Positions 49,801-59,984 are shown, counted from the first letter of the stretch. The stretch: 64,000 nucleotides of DNA from Dehalococcoidia bacterium (GCA_963666115.2 CAXXET010000008.1:64001-128000); one strand, 5' to 3'. Notes: generated by a model not told the origin, from the sequence alone. Made by a program: numbers and translations.

Positions 49801-51162
49801 CTATGGCTTGGCGGCGGTCGGGGAGGCCGCAGGCTCTCGCGGTTCTCGCGCCAGGAGGACGATGGCGCCGCCTATGAACCAGCCTGCTCCTGTGAGGATG
49901 AATGAGATGTCGTAGCTGCCTGTTACTTCCCACATCCAGCCGACGGCGAAGGGGCTGACTGCGCCCACGACGTTGGCCAGGGGGGTGAATGCGCCGCGTA
50001 TCGCGCCCATGTGCTGGCGGCCAAAGTACTGTGCCAAGGCGACGTTCATCAGGGGCATGAATCCGCCCATCGTGAGGCCGTGAACGACGGCGTAGGCCAG
50101 CAGCATCTCCATGCTCGCGCCTCCCACAAGGAACAGCACGGAGAGGCCGGCGGGCATCATCGAGAGGGGCAGCACCCACCGCACGTGGACGCGCTCGACG
50201 ATTGCTCCATAGACGAGCTTGCCGAGGATGGCGAACCCGGCGAGCAGGGTCGCGGCGAGCGTGGCGTCGCCAAGGCTGAATCCCTTGTCCTGCATGTAGG
50301 CCACCTGGTGGAAGAGGATGGGCATGAGGGAGGCGAGGGACAGGACCTGCGCGGCGAGCAGGGCCCAAAAGGCCACCGTTCGCGCCGCCTCCCGCACCGT
50401 CCACGGGTATTCGTAGGGTTCATTGGGGGCGAGCGCGGACGCCTCTTCAGCGGTCATGCCCTCTCTCGCCGGGTTGGCCTGGGGGATGCCGTCGGGCACG
50501 AGGCCCACGTCGCTGGGCTGGCGTCGCATGAACAGGGCGGCGGCGGGGGTGATGGTGAGGACCATGCCGATGCCGAGAATCATCCAGGCATCGCGCCATC
50601 CGAACTGCTCCACGAGCTGGCCGGCGATGGGGGCGATGACGAAGCCGCCGCCGGAGATGCCGATGGCGCTGATGGCCATGACGCGGGCGCGGCGCTTGAC
50701 GAACCACTTGGCAAGGACGGCGGGGCCGACAAGCTGGCCGCCCATCGCCATCATGGCGACGCCGAAGAAGATGCCGAAGGTGAGGTAGAACTGGAGCATG
50801 TTCTGGACGAACGCGGAGGCGATGAGGGAAAGTCCAGCCGCGGCGCTGCCGATCACGATGACGAGGCGGGGGCCTTCGCGCTTGTCGACGAGCAGGCCGA
50901 GCAGGGGCACGAGCGGAATGGCGGCCAGGCGGAAGAGGGTGATGGAGGAGAACTCGGCGCGTGTGACGCCCAGCGTCTCGCTCATCGGCACGACGAAGAA
51001 TGAGAGGCCGTAGCCGCTGATGCCGGCGGTGACCATGCTGGTGGAGAACGTGAGGGCAACGATGACCCAGCCGTAGAAGACGGGGGAGCGGCGGACGAGG
51101 AACGGCGTCTTCGGCGCCTGTTCCCGGGAGGGGGGCGTGGCTGTGGCTGTCATGGTCGGCAC
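49801..51162 (-). CDS. MFS transporter (paralog 2)
   Basis: Clearly homologous to 47816-49147 (PFLVRRSPVFYGWVI, EPYEYPWTVREA). Confidence 0.92.
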   Translation of the reverse strand: MPTMTATATPPSREQAPKTPFLVRRSPVFYGWVIVALTFSTSMVTAGISGYGLSFFVVPMSETLGVTRAEFSSITLFRLAAIPLVPLLGLLVDKREGPRLVIVIGSAAAGLSLIASAFVQNMLQFYLTFGIFFGVAMMAMGGQLVGPAVLAKWFVKRRARVMAISAIGISGGGFVIAPIAGQLVEQFGWRDAWMILGIGMVLTITPAAALFMRRQPSDVGLVPDGIPQANPAREGMTAEEASALAPNEPYEYPWTVREAARTVAFWALLAAQVLSLASLMPILFHQVAYMQDKGFSLGDATLAATLLAGFAILGKLVYGAIVERVHVRWVLPLSMMPAGLSVLFLVGGASMEMLLAYAVVHGLTMGGFMPLMNVALAQYFGRQHMGAIRGAFTPLANVVGAVSPFAVGWMWEVTGSYDISFILTGAGWFIGGAIVLLAREPREPAASPTAAKP

Positions 51163-51174
51163 GCGCCGCGCGGG

Positions 51175-52575
51175 TCAGTTTTCCTGCACGGCTTCGATGA
51201 GGCGGTTGAGGCCGTCCTTGGCGTCGGCAAACAGCATGGACGTTTTCTCGTTGTAGAAGAGGGGGTTGTCGATGCCCGCGAAACCGGGGCTCATGGAGCG
51301 CTTGAGCACGATGATGTTGCGTGAATGGTCAACGTTGAGGATGGGCATCCCATAGATCGGGCTGTCCGTTACTTCGCGGGCGGAGGGGTTGGTGACGTCG
51401 TTCGCGCCCACGACGATGGCGACGTCCGCGCGCTCGAAGTCATCGTTGATCTGGTCAAGGTCATAGAGGCGGTCGTAGGGGACGTCCACCTCGGCGAGCA
51501 GCACGTTCATATGGCCGGGCATCCGTCCCGCGACGGGGTGGATGGCGTAGCGAACGTCGACGCCGCGCTCCTCAAGCAGGTCGGCAAGGTCGCGGACCTG
51601 CCGCTGGGCCTGGGCGACGGCCAGGCCGTAGCCGGGCACGACGATGACGGATTCCGCGTAGGCGAGCAGGACGCCGAGGTCTTCAGGGGAGCCTTCGCGG
51701 ACGGTCGCGCCCTCCGCCACGCCGCTGGCGGCCGCGCCACCGCTGCCCGCTCCGAACGCGCCAAACATGACGTTGGCGAGGGAGCGGTGCATGGCGCGGG
51801 TCATGATCTGGGTGAGGATGAATCCCGCCGCGCCGACGAGGGCGCCGGCGATGATGAGGATGGGGTTGCCGATGACGAATCCGGCGGCTGCGGCTGCAAG
51901 GCCGGAATAGGAGTTGAGGAGGGAGATGACGACGGGCATGTCCGCGCCGCCGATGGGCATGACGAGCAGGACGCCAAGAACGAGGCAGAGGGCTATGAGC
52001 GCGACGAACGGGATCGGGTTGGCTTCAAGGGCGACCTGGCTTGCGGCAAGGGCGAGGATCACGAGGAAGAGCAGCGCGCTCAGGATGTTTTGGAGGGGGA
52101 GTCGGACGGCGCGGCCCGTGATGACCTCCTGGAGTTTGCCCATGGCGATGGCGCTGCCGGATAGGGTGACCGTGCCGATGAGCACGCCGAGCATGATGGT
52201 GACGGAGGTGTCCAGGGACATCTCCGTGTTCGCGTCGTAGAGGCGGAAATACTCGGAGACGGCGATGAGGGCGGACGCGCCGCCGCCGAATCCGTTGAAG
52301 ACGGCGACCATCTGCGGCATCGCGGTCATCTTGACGAGGCGGGCAAAGGCGACGCCGATTGCGCCGCCAACCAGCACGCCGGCGACGATCAGCTCATAGC
52401 GGATGATCTCCTCGTTGATGAGGGTGACGATAATGGCGAGCAACATGCCGGACGCGCCAAGGGCGTTTCCCATCCGCGCCGTAGCGGGGGAGCCCATGTA
52501 GCGCAGGCCGAGGATGAAGAGCGCCGCCGAGACCAGGTAGGCGGCCAGGATGATGATGTCGCGGTCGAGCGTCAT
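51175..52575 (-). CDS. pntB: NAD(P) transhydrogenase beta subunit
   Basis: GGADMPVVISLLNSYSG, HPVAGRMPGHMNVLLAE, GANDV. Confidence 0.97.
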   Translation of the reverse strand: MTLDRDIIILAAYLVSAALFILGLRYMGSPATARMGNALGASGMLLAIIVTLINEEIIRYELIVAGVLVGGAIGVAFARLVKMTAMPQMVAVFNGFGGGASALIAVSEYFRLYDANTEMSLDTSVTIMLGVLIGTVTLSGSAIAMGKLQEVITGRAVRLPLQNILSALLFLVILALAASQVALEANPIPFVALIALCLVLGVLLVMPIGGADMPVVISLLNSYSGLAAAAAGFVIGNPILIIAGALVGAAGFILTQIMTRAMHRSLANVMFGAFGAGSGGAAASGVAEGATVREGSPEDLGVLLAYAESVIVVPGYGLAVAQAQRQVRDLADLLEERGVDVRYAIHPVAGRMPGHMNVLLAEVDVPYDRLYDLDQINDDFERADVAIVVGANDVTNPSAREVTDSPIYGMPILNVDHSRNIIVLKRSMSPGFAGIDNPLFYNEKTSMLFADAKDGLNRLIEAVQEN

Positions 52576-52877
52576 GACGACTGCCCCCGCCCGCGGTCAC
52601 GCCGGAACATGCGGAGCATTCGATCCGTGACCATGAAGCCGCCGACGACGTTGATGGTGGCGAGTATGACGGCGGCGACGCCCAGGATCTGTGTCAGGAT
52701 GCCCTCGCTTGAGCCGACGATGAGGAGGGCGCCGATGATGGTGATGCCGGAGATGGCGTTTGCGCCGGACATGAGGGGGGTGTGGAGCGTCGGGGGCACC
52801 TTGGTGATGACCTCAAAGCCGATGAATCCGGCCAAGACAAAGACGTAGATCGCGATCAGCAGGCCGCCTTCTAGCAC
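52572..52877 (-). CDS. pntAB: NAD(P) transhydrogenase alpha-2 subunit
   Basis: LHTPLMSGANAISG, GGFMVTDRML. Confidence 0.95.
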   Translation of the reverse strand: MLEGGLLIAIYVFVLAGFIGFEVITKVPPTLHTPLMSGANAISGITIIGALLIVGSSEGILTQILGVAAVILATINVVGGFMVTDRMLRMFRRDRGRGQSS

Positions 52878-52880
52878 AGG

Positions 52881-54008
52881 TCAGTTCCTTTCACCGGGTT
52901 GGATGATTTCGCCGCCACGGGTTATCAGCGAATCGCGCAGGATGACGTCGTCCATGTCGATGACGGGTTCGCCGTCCCTGATCAGGAGGTCCAGAAAGCT
53001 CTGGACGTTGCGGGAGAACATGAGGCTGGCGTGGACGGGCATGGAGGAGGGGACGTTGATAGGCCCGTTGATGATGACGCCCCGGTAGTTGATGGCCTCG
53101 CCGGGGAGGGTCAGTTCGCAGTTGCCGCCCGTTTCCGCCGCGAGATCGACGATGACCGACCCCGGCTGCATGTCCTCCACCATCTCCCGCGTGATGAGCT
53201 TTGGGGCGGGGCGGCCGGGCACGAGGGCCGTCGTGATGACAAAGTCGGACGCGCCGACGTGACGCCGCACGAGGGCCTGTGAGCGGTCGCGCTCCTCCTG
53301 GGTTTGTTCTCTCGCGTAGCCGCCCGCCGTCTCGGCCTGTGCTCGCTGCAACTCTTCGTCCTGGATGAACGTCGCGCCGAGGCTTTCGACCTGCTCCTTG
53401 ACGGCGGGGCGCACGTCGAAGGCGGACATGACCGCGCCAAGCCGCCGGCCCGTCGCGATGGCCTGCAGGCCGGCTACGCCTGCGCCAAGCACGAGGCCAC
53501 GGGCGGGCGGCATCGTTCCTGCGGCGGTCGTCATCATGGGGAGGTGCTTGCCGAGGGTGTCGGCGGCGAGGACGGCGGCCTTGTATCCGGCGACGGATGC
53601 CTGGGAGGAGAGGACGTCCATGGGCTGGGCGCGGGCGATGCGGGGGATGGCATCGAGGCTGAACGACGTGACGCCGCGAGCGGCCAGCGCCTGGACGAGG
53701 TCGTGGCTGGTCAACGGCTGGAGGACGGCGACGAGGATCTGGCCGTCACGCAGCGATTCGGTCTCTTCGAGGGAGGGCGCGGCGACCTTGACGATGACAT
53801 CGGCGCTGGCATAGACGGTTGCGGCGTCCGGGGCGATTTCGGCGCCGGCCTCACGGTAGGCGTCGTTGGTGAAGAAGGCGCGCTCGCCGGCCGCGGATTC
53901 GACGAGGACATCGACGCCGGAGCGGGTGAAGCGGGCAACGGAGGGCGGCGCGAGGGCAACGCGAGCCTCGCGCAGGGCTGTTTCCGTCGGCACGCCGATT
54001 CGCATCAA
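52881..54008 (-). CDS. pntAA: NAD(P) transhydrogenase alpha-1 subunit
   Basis: GAGVAGLQAI, GGYARE, DLAAETGGNCE. Confidence 0.95.
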   Translation of the reverse strand: MMRIGVPTETALREARVALAPPSVARFTRSGVDVLVESAAGERAFFTNDAYREAGAEIAPDAATVYASADVIVKVAAPSLEETESLRDGQILVAVLQPLTSHDLVQALAARGVTSFSLDAIPRIARAQPMDVLSSQASVAGYKAAVLAADTLGKHLPMMTTAAGTMPPARGLVLGAGVAGLQAIATGRRLGAVMSAFDVRPAVKEQVESLGATFIQDEELQRAQAETAGGYAREQTQEERDRSQALVRRHVGASDFVITTALVPGRPAPKLITREMVEDMQPGSVIVDLAAETGGNCELTLPGEAINYRGVIINGPINVPSSMPVHASLMFSRNVQSFLDLLIRDGEPVIDMDDVILRDSLITRGGEIIQPGERN

Positions 54009-54077
54009 TCCCCGCTCCTTTCCGTTTACTTATGGTACTACCCAACGGCGGCGGGGGTGTGTAGACTCAAAACTGTT

Positions 54078-54434
54078 ATGGGAAGATTCAGCGCGACTGT
54101 GCGGATCGCAAACTGGCAGGGCGAGAACGCCCAGGAATTCAACGCGGTCGTCGATACGGGCGCGGCGTATTCAATGCTACCGGAGTCCGCGCTCCGCGAA
54201 ATCGGAATCGAGCCGGTCGATGTCCAGGTCGTTCGATACGCCGACGGCCGGGTTGATGCGAGGCCGATTGGATGGGCACGCGCGTCAACCGACGGGCGGT
54301 CGGGCGAAATCGTGGTGATATTTGGTCCGGACGATGCTGAGCCTCTGTTCGGAGCACACAGCCTTCAATCGTTGAGGCTCATGGTTGATTCTCCGAACGA
54401 ACGGCTCGTTCCGCTCCCAGAAGCATACGTGTAG
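54078..54434 (+). CDS. Clan AA aspartyl protease (paralog 1)
   Basis: VDTGA...YADG...PLFGAHSLQ. Confidence 0.85.
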   Translation: MGRFSATVRIANWQGENAQEFNAVVDTGAAYSMLPESALREIGIEPVDVQVVRYADGRVDARPIGWARASTDGRSGEIVVIFGPDDAEPLFGAHSLQSLRLMVDSPNERLVPLPEAYV

Positions 54435-54453
54435 CGCGTGATCAGGTTGCGGC

Positions 54454-54810
54454 ATGGGAGCGTTCAAGACAGAGATCACGGTCAGCAAGCGAGAGGGCGG
54501 CGACAGCCTTGCGTTCGAGGCGTGGGTGGATACCGGCGCGGCGTACACGCAGATACCCGAGTCTGCCCTGCAGGAGCTTGGGATTGAGCCTCACCGGATG
54601 CTGACCGTCTTCTATGCGGATGGGCGCGAGGATGAGCGTCCGCTTGGAAGGGCAATTGTGGCAGTCAACGGGCTGGCGGAGGAAGTTCTCGTCATCTTTG
54701 GCCCTGATTCGGCGGAGCCGCTGCTGGGGGCGCATAGCCTACAGACGCTATTGCTCCTGGTGGACTCTCCCAGCGAGAGACTTGTGCCCGTTACCAGAGC
54801 GCGTGCCTAG
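54454..54810 (+). CDS. Clan AA aspartyl protease (paralog 2)
   Basis: VDTGA...YADG...PLLGAHSLQ. Confidence 0.85.
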   Translation: MGAFKTEITVSKREGGDSLAFEAWVDTGAAYTQIPESALQELGIEPHRMLTVFYADGREDERPLGRAIVAVNGLAEEVLVIFGPDSAEPLLGAHSLQTLLLLVDSPSERLVPVTRARA

Positions 54811-54831
54811 GCAGTAAACGCTCAGCCGGTC

Positions 54832-56202
54832 TTATTCGTGGGTTATTTCTGTGAAGCCGGTGTAGGGGGTTAGGGCTTGGGGGATTTGGATTGTGCCGTT
54901 CTCGCGCTGGTAGGTTTCCATGATGGCGATCATGACGCGTGGGAGGGCGAGGCCGGAGCCGTTGAGGGTGTGGACGAACTGGGGACGCGCGCCCGCCTCA
55001 CGCCGGTAGCGGATGTTGGCGCGGCGGGCCTGATAATCAGTGGTCGTGGAGCAACTGGAGACTTCGAGCCACTCGCCGCAGCCGGGCGCCCACACCTCGA
55101 TGTCGTAGGTCTTGGCCGACGCTTGCCCGAGGTCGCCCGCGCACAGTTCGACGATGCGGTACGGGAGTTCAAGGCGGCGGAGGATGGATTCGGCGTGGCC
55201 GAGCAGGACTTCAAGCTCCTCCAGGCCGCGCTCAGGCTCCGTGAACTTGTAGATTTCCACCTTGTCGAACTGGTGGCCGCGCTTGATGCCGCGGATGTCA
55301 CGGCCGGCGGACATCTTTTCGCGGCGGAAGGCGGGGGTGTAGGCGACGTAGTTGATGGGCAGCATCCCCGGTTCAAGGATTTCGCCGCGGTGCATGGAGG
55401 TTAGCGGCACCTCCGCCGTCGGGACGAGCCAGACATCGTCCTCGGCGTCCTTGTAGACGTTCTCAGCGAACTTGGGCAGCTGGCCGCTGGCGAAGAGCGT
55501 CTGCTCCGTGGAGACGAAGGGGGGGTAGACTTCGCGGTAGCCGTGCTCCTGCGTGTGGACGTCCAGCATCCACTGGATGAGGGAGCGTTGGAGTTTGGAC
55601 GCGGCGCCGGTGAGGACGTAGAACCGCGAGCCGGCGATGCGCGCGCCGCGCTCAAAGTCGATGATGCCCAGCGCGGGGCCGAGGTCCCAGTGGGGCTGCG
55701 GCTCGAAATCGTAGTCGCGGATTTCTCCCCATTGGCGCGTGACGACGTTGTCGTCTTCGGACGCGCCGTCGGGGACGGAGGGGTCAGGGAGGTTGGGGAG
55801 GTAGCTTAGGCGCTGGGTGATCCGGTCGTCCAATTGCCCGGTGCGGCCGGTGGCCTCATCGACGTCTTCGGAGAATTGGCGCAGGGCGGCCTGTAGGGAT
55901 TCGATGAGTTCACCGGCGTCGCCGCTTGTTTTGTCGCCAAGCAGTTCCGCGACGCCGGGGGCAGCGAGAATATCATCGGCGGAGAGGTCGCCGCGCCCTG
56001 CCCGTCCGCGCAGCATACCGAAGGTCTTTGAATGGGTGTTGAGCTGGGCACGGAGGTCGTCGGCTCGGGCCTGCGATGCGCGCCATTCGGCGTCGAGGGA
56101 GACGGCCTCATCCAGGAGGGCGAGCGCGTCCGCGTCGCCGCGGCGGGCTAGCGCGTGGCGAACCTCTTCGTGCGCGTCTCTGATCCGGCGTCTGTCGAGA
56201 AT
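54832..56202 (-). CDS. serS: Serine--tRNA ligase (ATT start)
   Basis: PTAEVP, FRRE, HQFDKVE, EVSSCS, TLNGSGLA; frame extends upstream to ATT-CTC-GAC (MLD) with GGAGGT SD. Confidence 0.95.
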   Translation of the reverse strand: MLDRRRIRDAHEEVRHALARRGDADALALLDEAVSLDAEWRASQARADDLRAQLNTHSKTFGMLRGRAGRGDLSADDILAAPGVAELLGDKTSGDAGELIESLQAALRQFSEDVDEATGRTGQLDDRITQRLSYLPNLPDPSVPDGASEDDNVVTRQWGEIRDYDFEPQPHWDLGPALGIIDFERGARIAGSRFYVLTGAASKLQRSLIQWMLDVHTQEHGYREVYPPFVSTEQTLFASGQLPKFAENVYKDAEDDVWLVPTAEVPLTSMHRGEILEPGMLPINYVAYTPAFRREKMSAGRDIRGIKRGHQFDKVEIYKFTEPERGLEELEVLLGHAESILRRLELPYRIVELCAGDLGQASAKTYDIEVWAPGCGEWLEVSSCSTTTDYQARRANIRYRREAGARPQFVHTLNGSGLALPRVMIAIMETYQRENGTIQIPQALTPYTGFTEITHE

Positions 56203-56223
56203 TGGAGTACCTCCCGCAACCGT

Positions 56224-56251
56224 CCGTCATTCCCGCGAAAGCGGGAATCCA
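56224..56251. repeat. REP-like element, family A
   Basis: ccgtcattcccgcgaaagcgggaatcca. Confidence 0.9.
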
Positions 56252-56357
56252 AAACCTCTGCCTCAGAAATGATAGCAGTGGCGCGGGGGCGAATCTCTTT
56301 TGGGGGCGGGGTGGTATGGCGTTTGACGCTATTAGCGCGGCGTGCTATGAATGGTGT

Positions 56358-56639
56358 GTGATAACGAGCTTTCGCGATAGAGGCACTGAGGCAGTCTTCA
56401 ACCGTCGGCCTGTCCGTGGCATCCCTCCAGAAGTACAGCGTCAGGCGATAAGGAGGCTTGAACAATTGAATAGAGTGCGGACCCTTGGCGAGTTGGCTCT
56501 CACACGAGGGAACGGGCTGGAGGCCCTGTCCAGAGACCGGCGAGGGCAGCACAGTATTCGCATCAACGATCAATGGCGCATTTGCTTCATCTGGAATGGC
56601 GGAAATGCGGGGCAGGTGGAAATCGTCGACTATCACTGA
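56358..56639 (+). CDS. higB: HigB toxin
   Basis: ITSFRD...GQHSIRINDQWRICFIW...EIVDYH. Confidence 0.93.
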   Translation: MITSFRDRGTEAVFNRRPVRGIPPEVQRQAIRRLEQLNRVRTLGELALTRGNGLEALSRDRRGQHSIRINDQWRICFIWNGGNAGQVEIVDYH

Positions 56640-56666
56640 TCATCTCAAGGAAGGAGACGTGGGTTT

Positions 56667-57047
56667 ATGTGGGAGGAGATACAAGGCGCCGAGAAGTTTC
56701 CCCCTGTTCATCCGGGCGAGATTCTGAAAGAGGAGTTTCTCGTGCCGATGGGCATCTCCCAGTACCGCCTCGCGAAGTCGATTGGCGTTGACCCGCGGCG
56801 GATCAACGCCATCGTCCAGGGCAAGCGGGCGATCACGGCGGAGACGGCCATCAAGTTGTCGCAGTTCTTCGGCACGTCTGCGAACCTCTGGATGGGCATA
56901 CAGACCGATTACGACTTGAATGTGGCGATGGACAAAATGGGCGTGTCGCTGCCCGAATATGACAACATTCCGGTCGGCGACCTGGAAGTTCCGGCGGATG
57001 CGCCTGAGTCGGCACGCAGACTGGTCACTTCCGGGGCAGGACGCTAA
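56667..57047 (+). CDS. higA: HigA antitoxin
   Basis: PVHPGEILKEEF, RAITAETA. Confidence 0.93.
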   Translation: MWEEIQGAEKFPPVHPGEILKEEFLVPMGISQYRLAKSIGVDPRRINAIVQGKRAITAETAIKLSQFFGTSANLWMGIQTDYDLNVAMDKMGVSLPEYDNIPVGDLEVPADAPESARRLVTSGAGR

Positions 57048-57306
57048 GCGAATCGGGCAGCAGATCGCCACGACAAGGGAGCGCGGGATGCCACTCAATC
57101 GCTATGTCAGGACCTACGGGCGACGCGCTGAGCGCAAGGGGCTGGAATCGGCCGCCCGGAGCAGGGCGCGCCGTCGCTTCGAAGTGGAGGCAATGGGTGA
57201 CGTCTGCGCGTCGTCAGGGTCAGATGAGGGCGAGCATTTGACAGGGGCGGAGGGGCACGGTGGATGTGCGTGAGTCAGCGGGCAGGCCGGAATCCGCGAA
57301 TCTCCC

Positions 57307-58119
57307 CTAGCAGTCTACGCGGGTGAAGTGCGGATTGCCGCCAGCGCCCCAACCGCAATCAAGGAATGCCTGAACTCGAGCCCGCAGCAACTGCGCTGCA
57401 CTAGGGTCAGTGAGATTGGGGATGACGAAGAAGACGCGGGCAAATCGACGGTGGAATCTGAGCGCAATGATTGAACCCGGCGGGCCGCTTATTCCCAGTT
57501 GTCGGCGCAGATTGGCCGCGTGAAAGCCTATCAGCTCTTCTGCGGGAGTGCGGTCAAGGTGTTGGTAAATCACCAGACTCTTGCCCGGCTCCCACAGTTT
57601 CGCCGCCTCTTGATACGTCGCGTGCTCAGGATTGATGCCGTTCGGATTGCCATTATCATCCGCTAGACCATTGTCGGGGTCCAGGAACACCACGTCGCAG
57701 TTCCGGACAGCATCGATGGCACGTTGGAACCATACCTCACGCGGCATGGCAGGGTTATTGACGGGATCACGGAAATACACGGTGTCTTTAGGCAGCGCGG
57801 CTGATTGCTCGACCGCTCCGACGGATCTCCGGTTGTTGCCAATGAGGCCGCTCAGGATGTCATATAGTTCTGGGTCGCACTGGATCAGGTCTCGCTCCAA
57901 GGCATTGGGGTCAAGGATGTACTTGAAGGCGAGGCCAAGTGGTGGCAACTGCCTCCGTACCGCAACGTAGTGCCAGATCACTCCGAGCCTCAACTGGCGC
58001 TCACCATCCCCGAGACCTGACGGTTTGCCGTCCACACAGCCTGCCAGGCCCTGAGTCAGAACGCGCAGCAGCCCGTACTTTCCGAAGTCTCCGATGTCCC
58101 CGACGTACTTGTCTTGCAT
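57307..58119 (-). CDS. Uncharacterised protein, RlmJ-like SAM-dependent fold suspected
   Basis: MQDKYVGDIGDFGKYGLLR...VVFLDPDNGL...LVIYQH. Confidence 0.65.
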   Translation of the reverse strand: MQDKYVGDIGDFGKYGLLRVLTQGLAGCVDGKPSGLGDGERQLRLGVIWHYVAVRRQLPPLGLAFKYILDPNALERDLIQCDPELYDILSGLIGNNRRSVGAVEQSAALPKDTVYFRDPVNNPAMPREVWFQRAIDAVRNCDVVFLDPDNGLADDNGNPNGINPEHATYQEAAKLWEPGKSLVIYQHLDRTPAEELIGFHAANLRRQLGISGPPGSIIALRFHRRFARVFFVIPNLTDPSAAQLLRARVQAFLDCGWGAGGNPHFTRVDC

Positions 58120-58136
58120 TGCCCCTATCTCCTCCC

Positions 58137-58162
58137 TGTCATTCTCGCGCAGGCGGGAATCC
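58137..58162. repeat. REP-like element, family A (variant)
   Basis: tgtcattctcgcgcaggcgggaatcc. Confidence 0.75.
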
Positions 58163-58177
58163 CGAACGACAGGCTCG

Positions 58178-58741
58178 TCAAGCGATGAGCCGGCTTGCAG
58201 GCACGCCTGCGTCAAGCAGATTTTCGCGAGCCCTTCCGATGGCATCCTTATCTAGAGAGAGTATGAGGAAAGGCGCTTGGCAGAGGTAGCCAAGTCCGTA
58301 GACACCCGCTTCCGAAAGATACGCCAGTTTCTCCCGCATGACCTTGGTCTTTTCGTCCCGCTTGGCGTTGGCATAGCTCTGGTCAAAGACGAGTGTGATG
58401 TGCAGTGGCCGGCGCCCAGCTTCCAGAATGACCTCGTCGAGTTTTAGGTGGCTTGCGGATCCCTGATCCACGCCGGGGCGTCGAATCCCAGTGTTCGGGT
58501 CATAGAAGACATGCCCGTGCCAGTCCCCTGCGGTGACAGCTTGTTGCCAATCGGGGGCGCCTGTTATGCACTCGCCCCTCAGCACTTTGCCGCCGAGCAG
58601 TCGTTCGTACTCCGCGATCTGTTCACCGTTCCATTGGTCCGTGAACATCGGAACGATGGCCCACGGCTCGTCGGGGGCCAAGCGCTCGATTAGGAAACGC
58701 TTGGCGAGGTCGTATGTGTCGCCGAAGTAGTCTAGCTGCAT
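58178..58741 (-). CDS. Uncharacterised protein, distant relative of 57307-58119
   Basis: MQLDYFGDTYDLAKRFL...VFYDPNTGI...LVFDQS. Confidence 0.65.
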   Translation of the reverse strand: MQLDYFGDTYDLAKRFLIERLAPDEPWAIVPMFTDQWNGEQIAEYERLLGGKVLRGECITGAPDWQQAVTAGDWHGHVFYDPNTGIRRPGVDQGSASHLKLDEVILEAGRRPLHITLVFDQSYANAKRDEKTKVMREKLAYLSEAGVYGLGYLCQAPFLILSLDKDAIGRARENLLDAGVPASRLIA

Positions 58742-58761
58742 CTCTCCTCTTCCTCTTCTTT

Positions 58762-59806
58762 CTACTCCGTCCCATCGTCGGCGCCTAGGAGGTCATCGAA
58801 TTCGCTCAGGCCCTCAATGGCCATCGTTCGCAGCTGCTGCTTGATATCCCTGGCCATATGGCGAAATGTGACAGCCGTCATTCCGCCTGAGGCCACTGCG
58901 CCAACCAGGGGGATGGCTTTGCTGACTGCCCGTCCGAACGATTGCCGCGTTACGCGCACACCTACTTGCGCCGCTACGGTCTTGACGAGGGGGGTAGTAC
59001 CACGATCGCGCCAGGGCCGTCCTCGGCAGGTATTTTGCGGTTCCCTTGGCGGCCTGAGCGGCGACATACGCCAATCCCTTGTTTGCCACCTCAACGCCGT
59101 GGAGCGCGCCGAGGAGGAGGATCAGGCGGTTCTCTGCCTCCTCGTTCAACTCCAGTTCGCCCTCCGGAAAGAGGTCCGGCCACCCGTACAAGTAGGCCAA
59201 TTCCTGTGCGCAGACCAAGGCGTGCCAATAGAACTGCGCAAGGTCTGCCGGGATGGTGGCCGCCATGAAAAGCCCGCCAGGGATTCCCGTCATGGCGGAG
59301 AGACCCGCTGCGTTTCGCAGGTGACTGTTGATGGTGGAATCCGCCCGCTTGTCAAGGAATTCCATCGGGATTCCGGAATCAGACGGGCTGGCCTCAATAG
59401 CCAAGTCAACGACTATGTCATCTGCAGCTTCGTAATGGCCAAGTTCCTTCCGTAGATAGGCCTCACGGTCAACGCGAAAGCCGGGGACCTTCACTGCGGC
59501 CCCAATGAGCCGCCGCACAAAAACCTGCAGCCGATCATCTTCCATGTCTATGTCACCGATCTCCGAATCGCTCGTGGTTCCGTCGCCTTCCTTGAGCTTT
59601 CTCAGCTCCTCCATCGGATTCTTGCCTTCCGGGCCGTAGCCGTGCTCGACCAGAAAACGCGGGATGTCGCCGTATTCGAGCTTCATCACGGCCGCCTCCG
59701 CCCGCCGGTCGTGGCTTGGCACGAAGAATGAGCCGACTCGTTTCGTCTCCGCGCCGCATCCACACCAGCATTCGCCGGTTGGCATGAGCCTCTTTCTCTC
59801 CACCAT
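58762..59806 (-). CDS. CWCGCG-domain region in frame with an EcsC-family protein (frameshift at G6 58989-58994)
   Basis: ECWCGCG...SHDRRAE then KVPGFRVDREAYL, GIPGG...IPADLAQFY, AYLYGWP, KAIPLVGAVASGG; possible internal start near 59546. Confidence 0.75.
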
Positions 59807-59855
59807 TACCGTTCTCCCTCCCGGAGTGTTCGCCCGACACTCGCTGCCGACAGTG

Positions 59856-59884
59856 ATTATCGACATGACACGCCGGCGTGTCAA
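59856..59884 (-). promoter_or_regulatory. Sigma70 promoter with 18-bp perfect palindrome over the -35
   Basis: Minus strand TTGACA, 17 bp, GATAAT; tgacacgccggcgtgtca at 59866-59883. Confidence 0.7.
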
Positions 59885-59984
59885 GACGCTGGCGGCAGTA
59901 GGAAATCCTGCGCCATCAGCCGTTCTGCACCGCACCGAACGGGTGTGTGAGACTATGGGGGGTGGGGGTGCGTAATGAGATTTA

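Noticed and set aside
57050-57273. Possible HicB/RHH-like remnant (ERGMPLNRYV)
   Set aside because: No convincing start or motif; too weak to call
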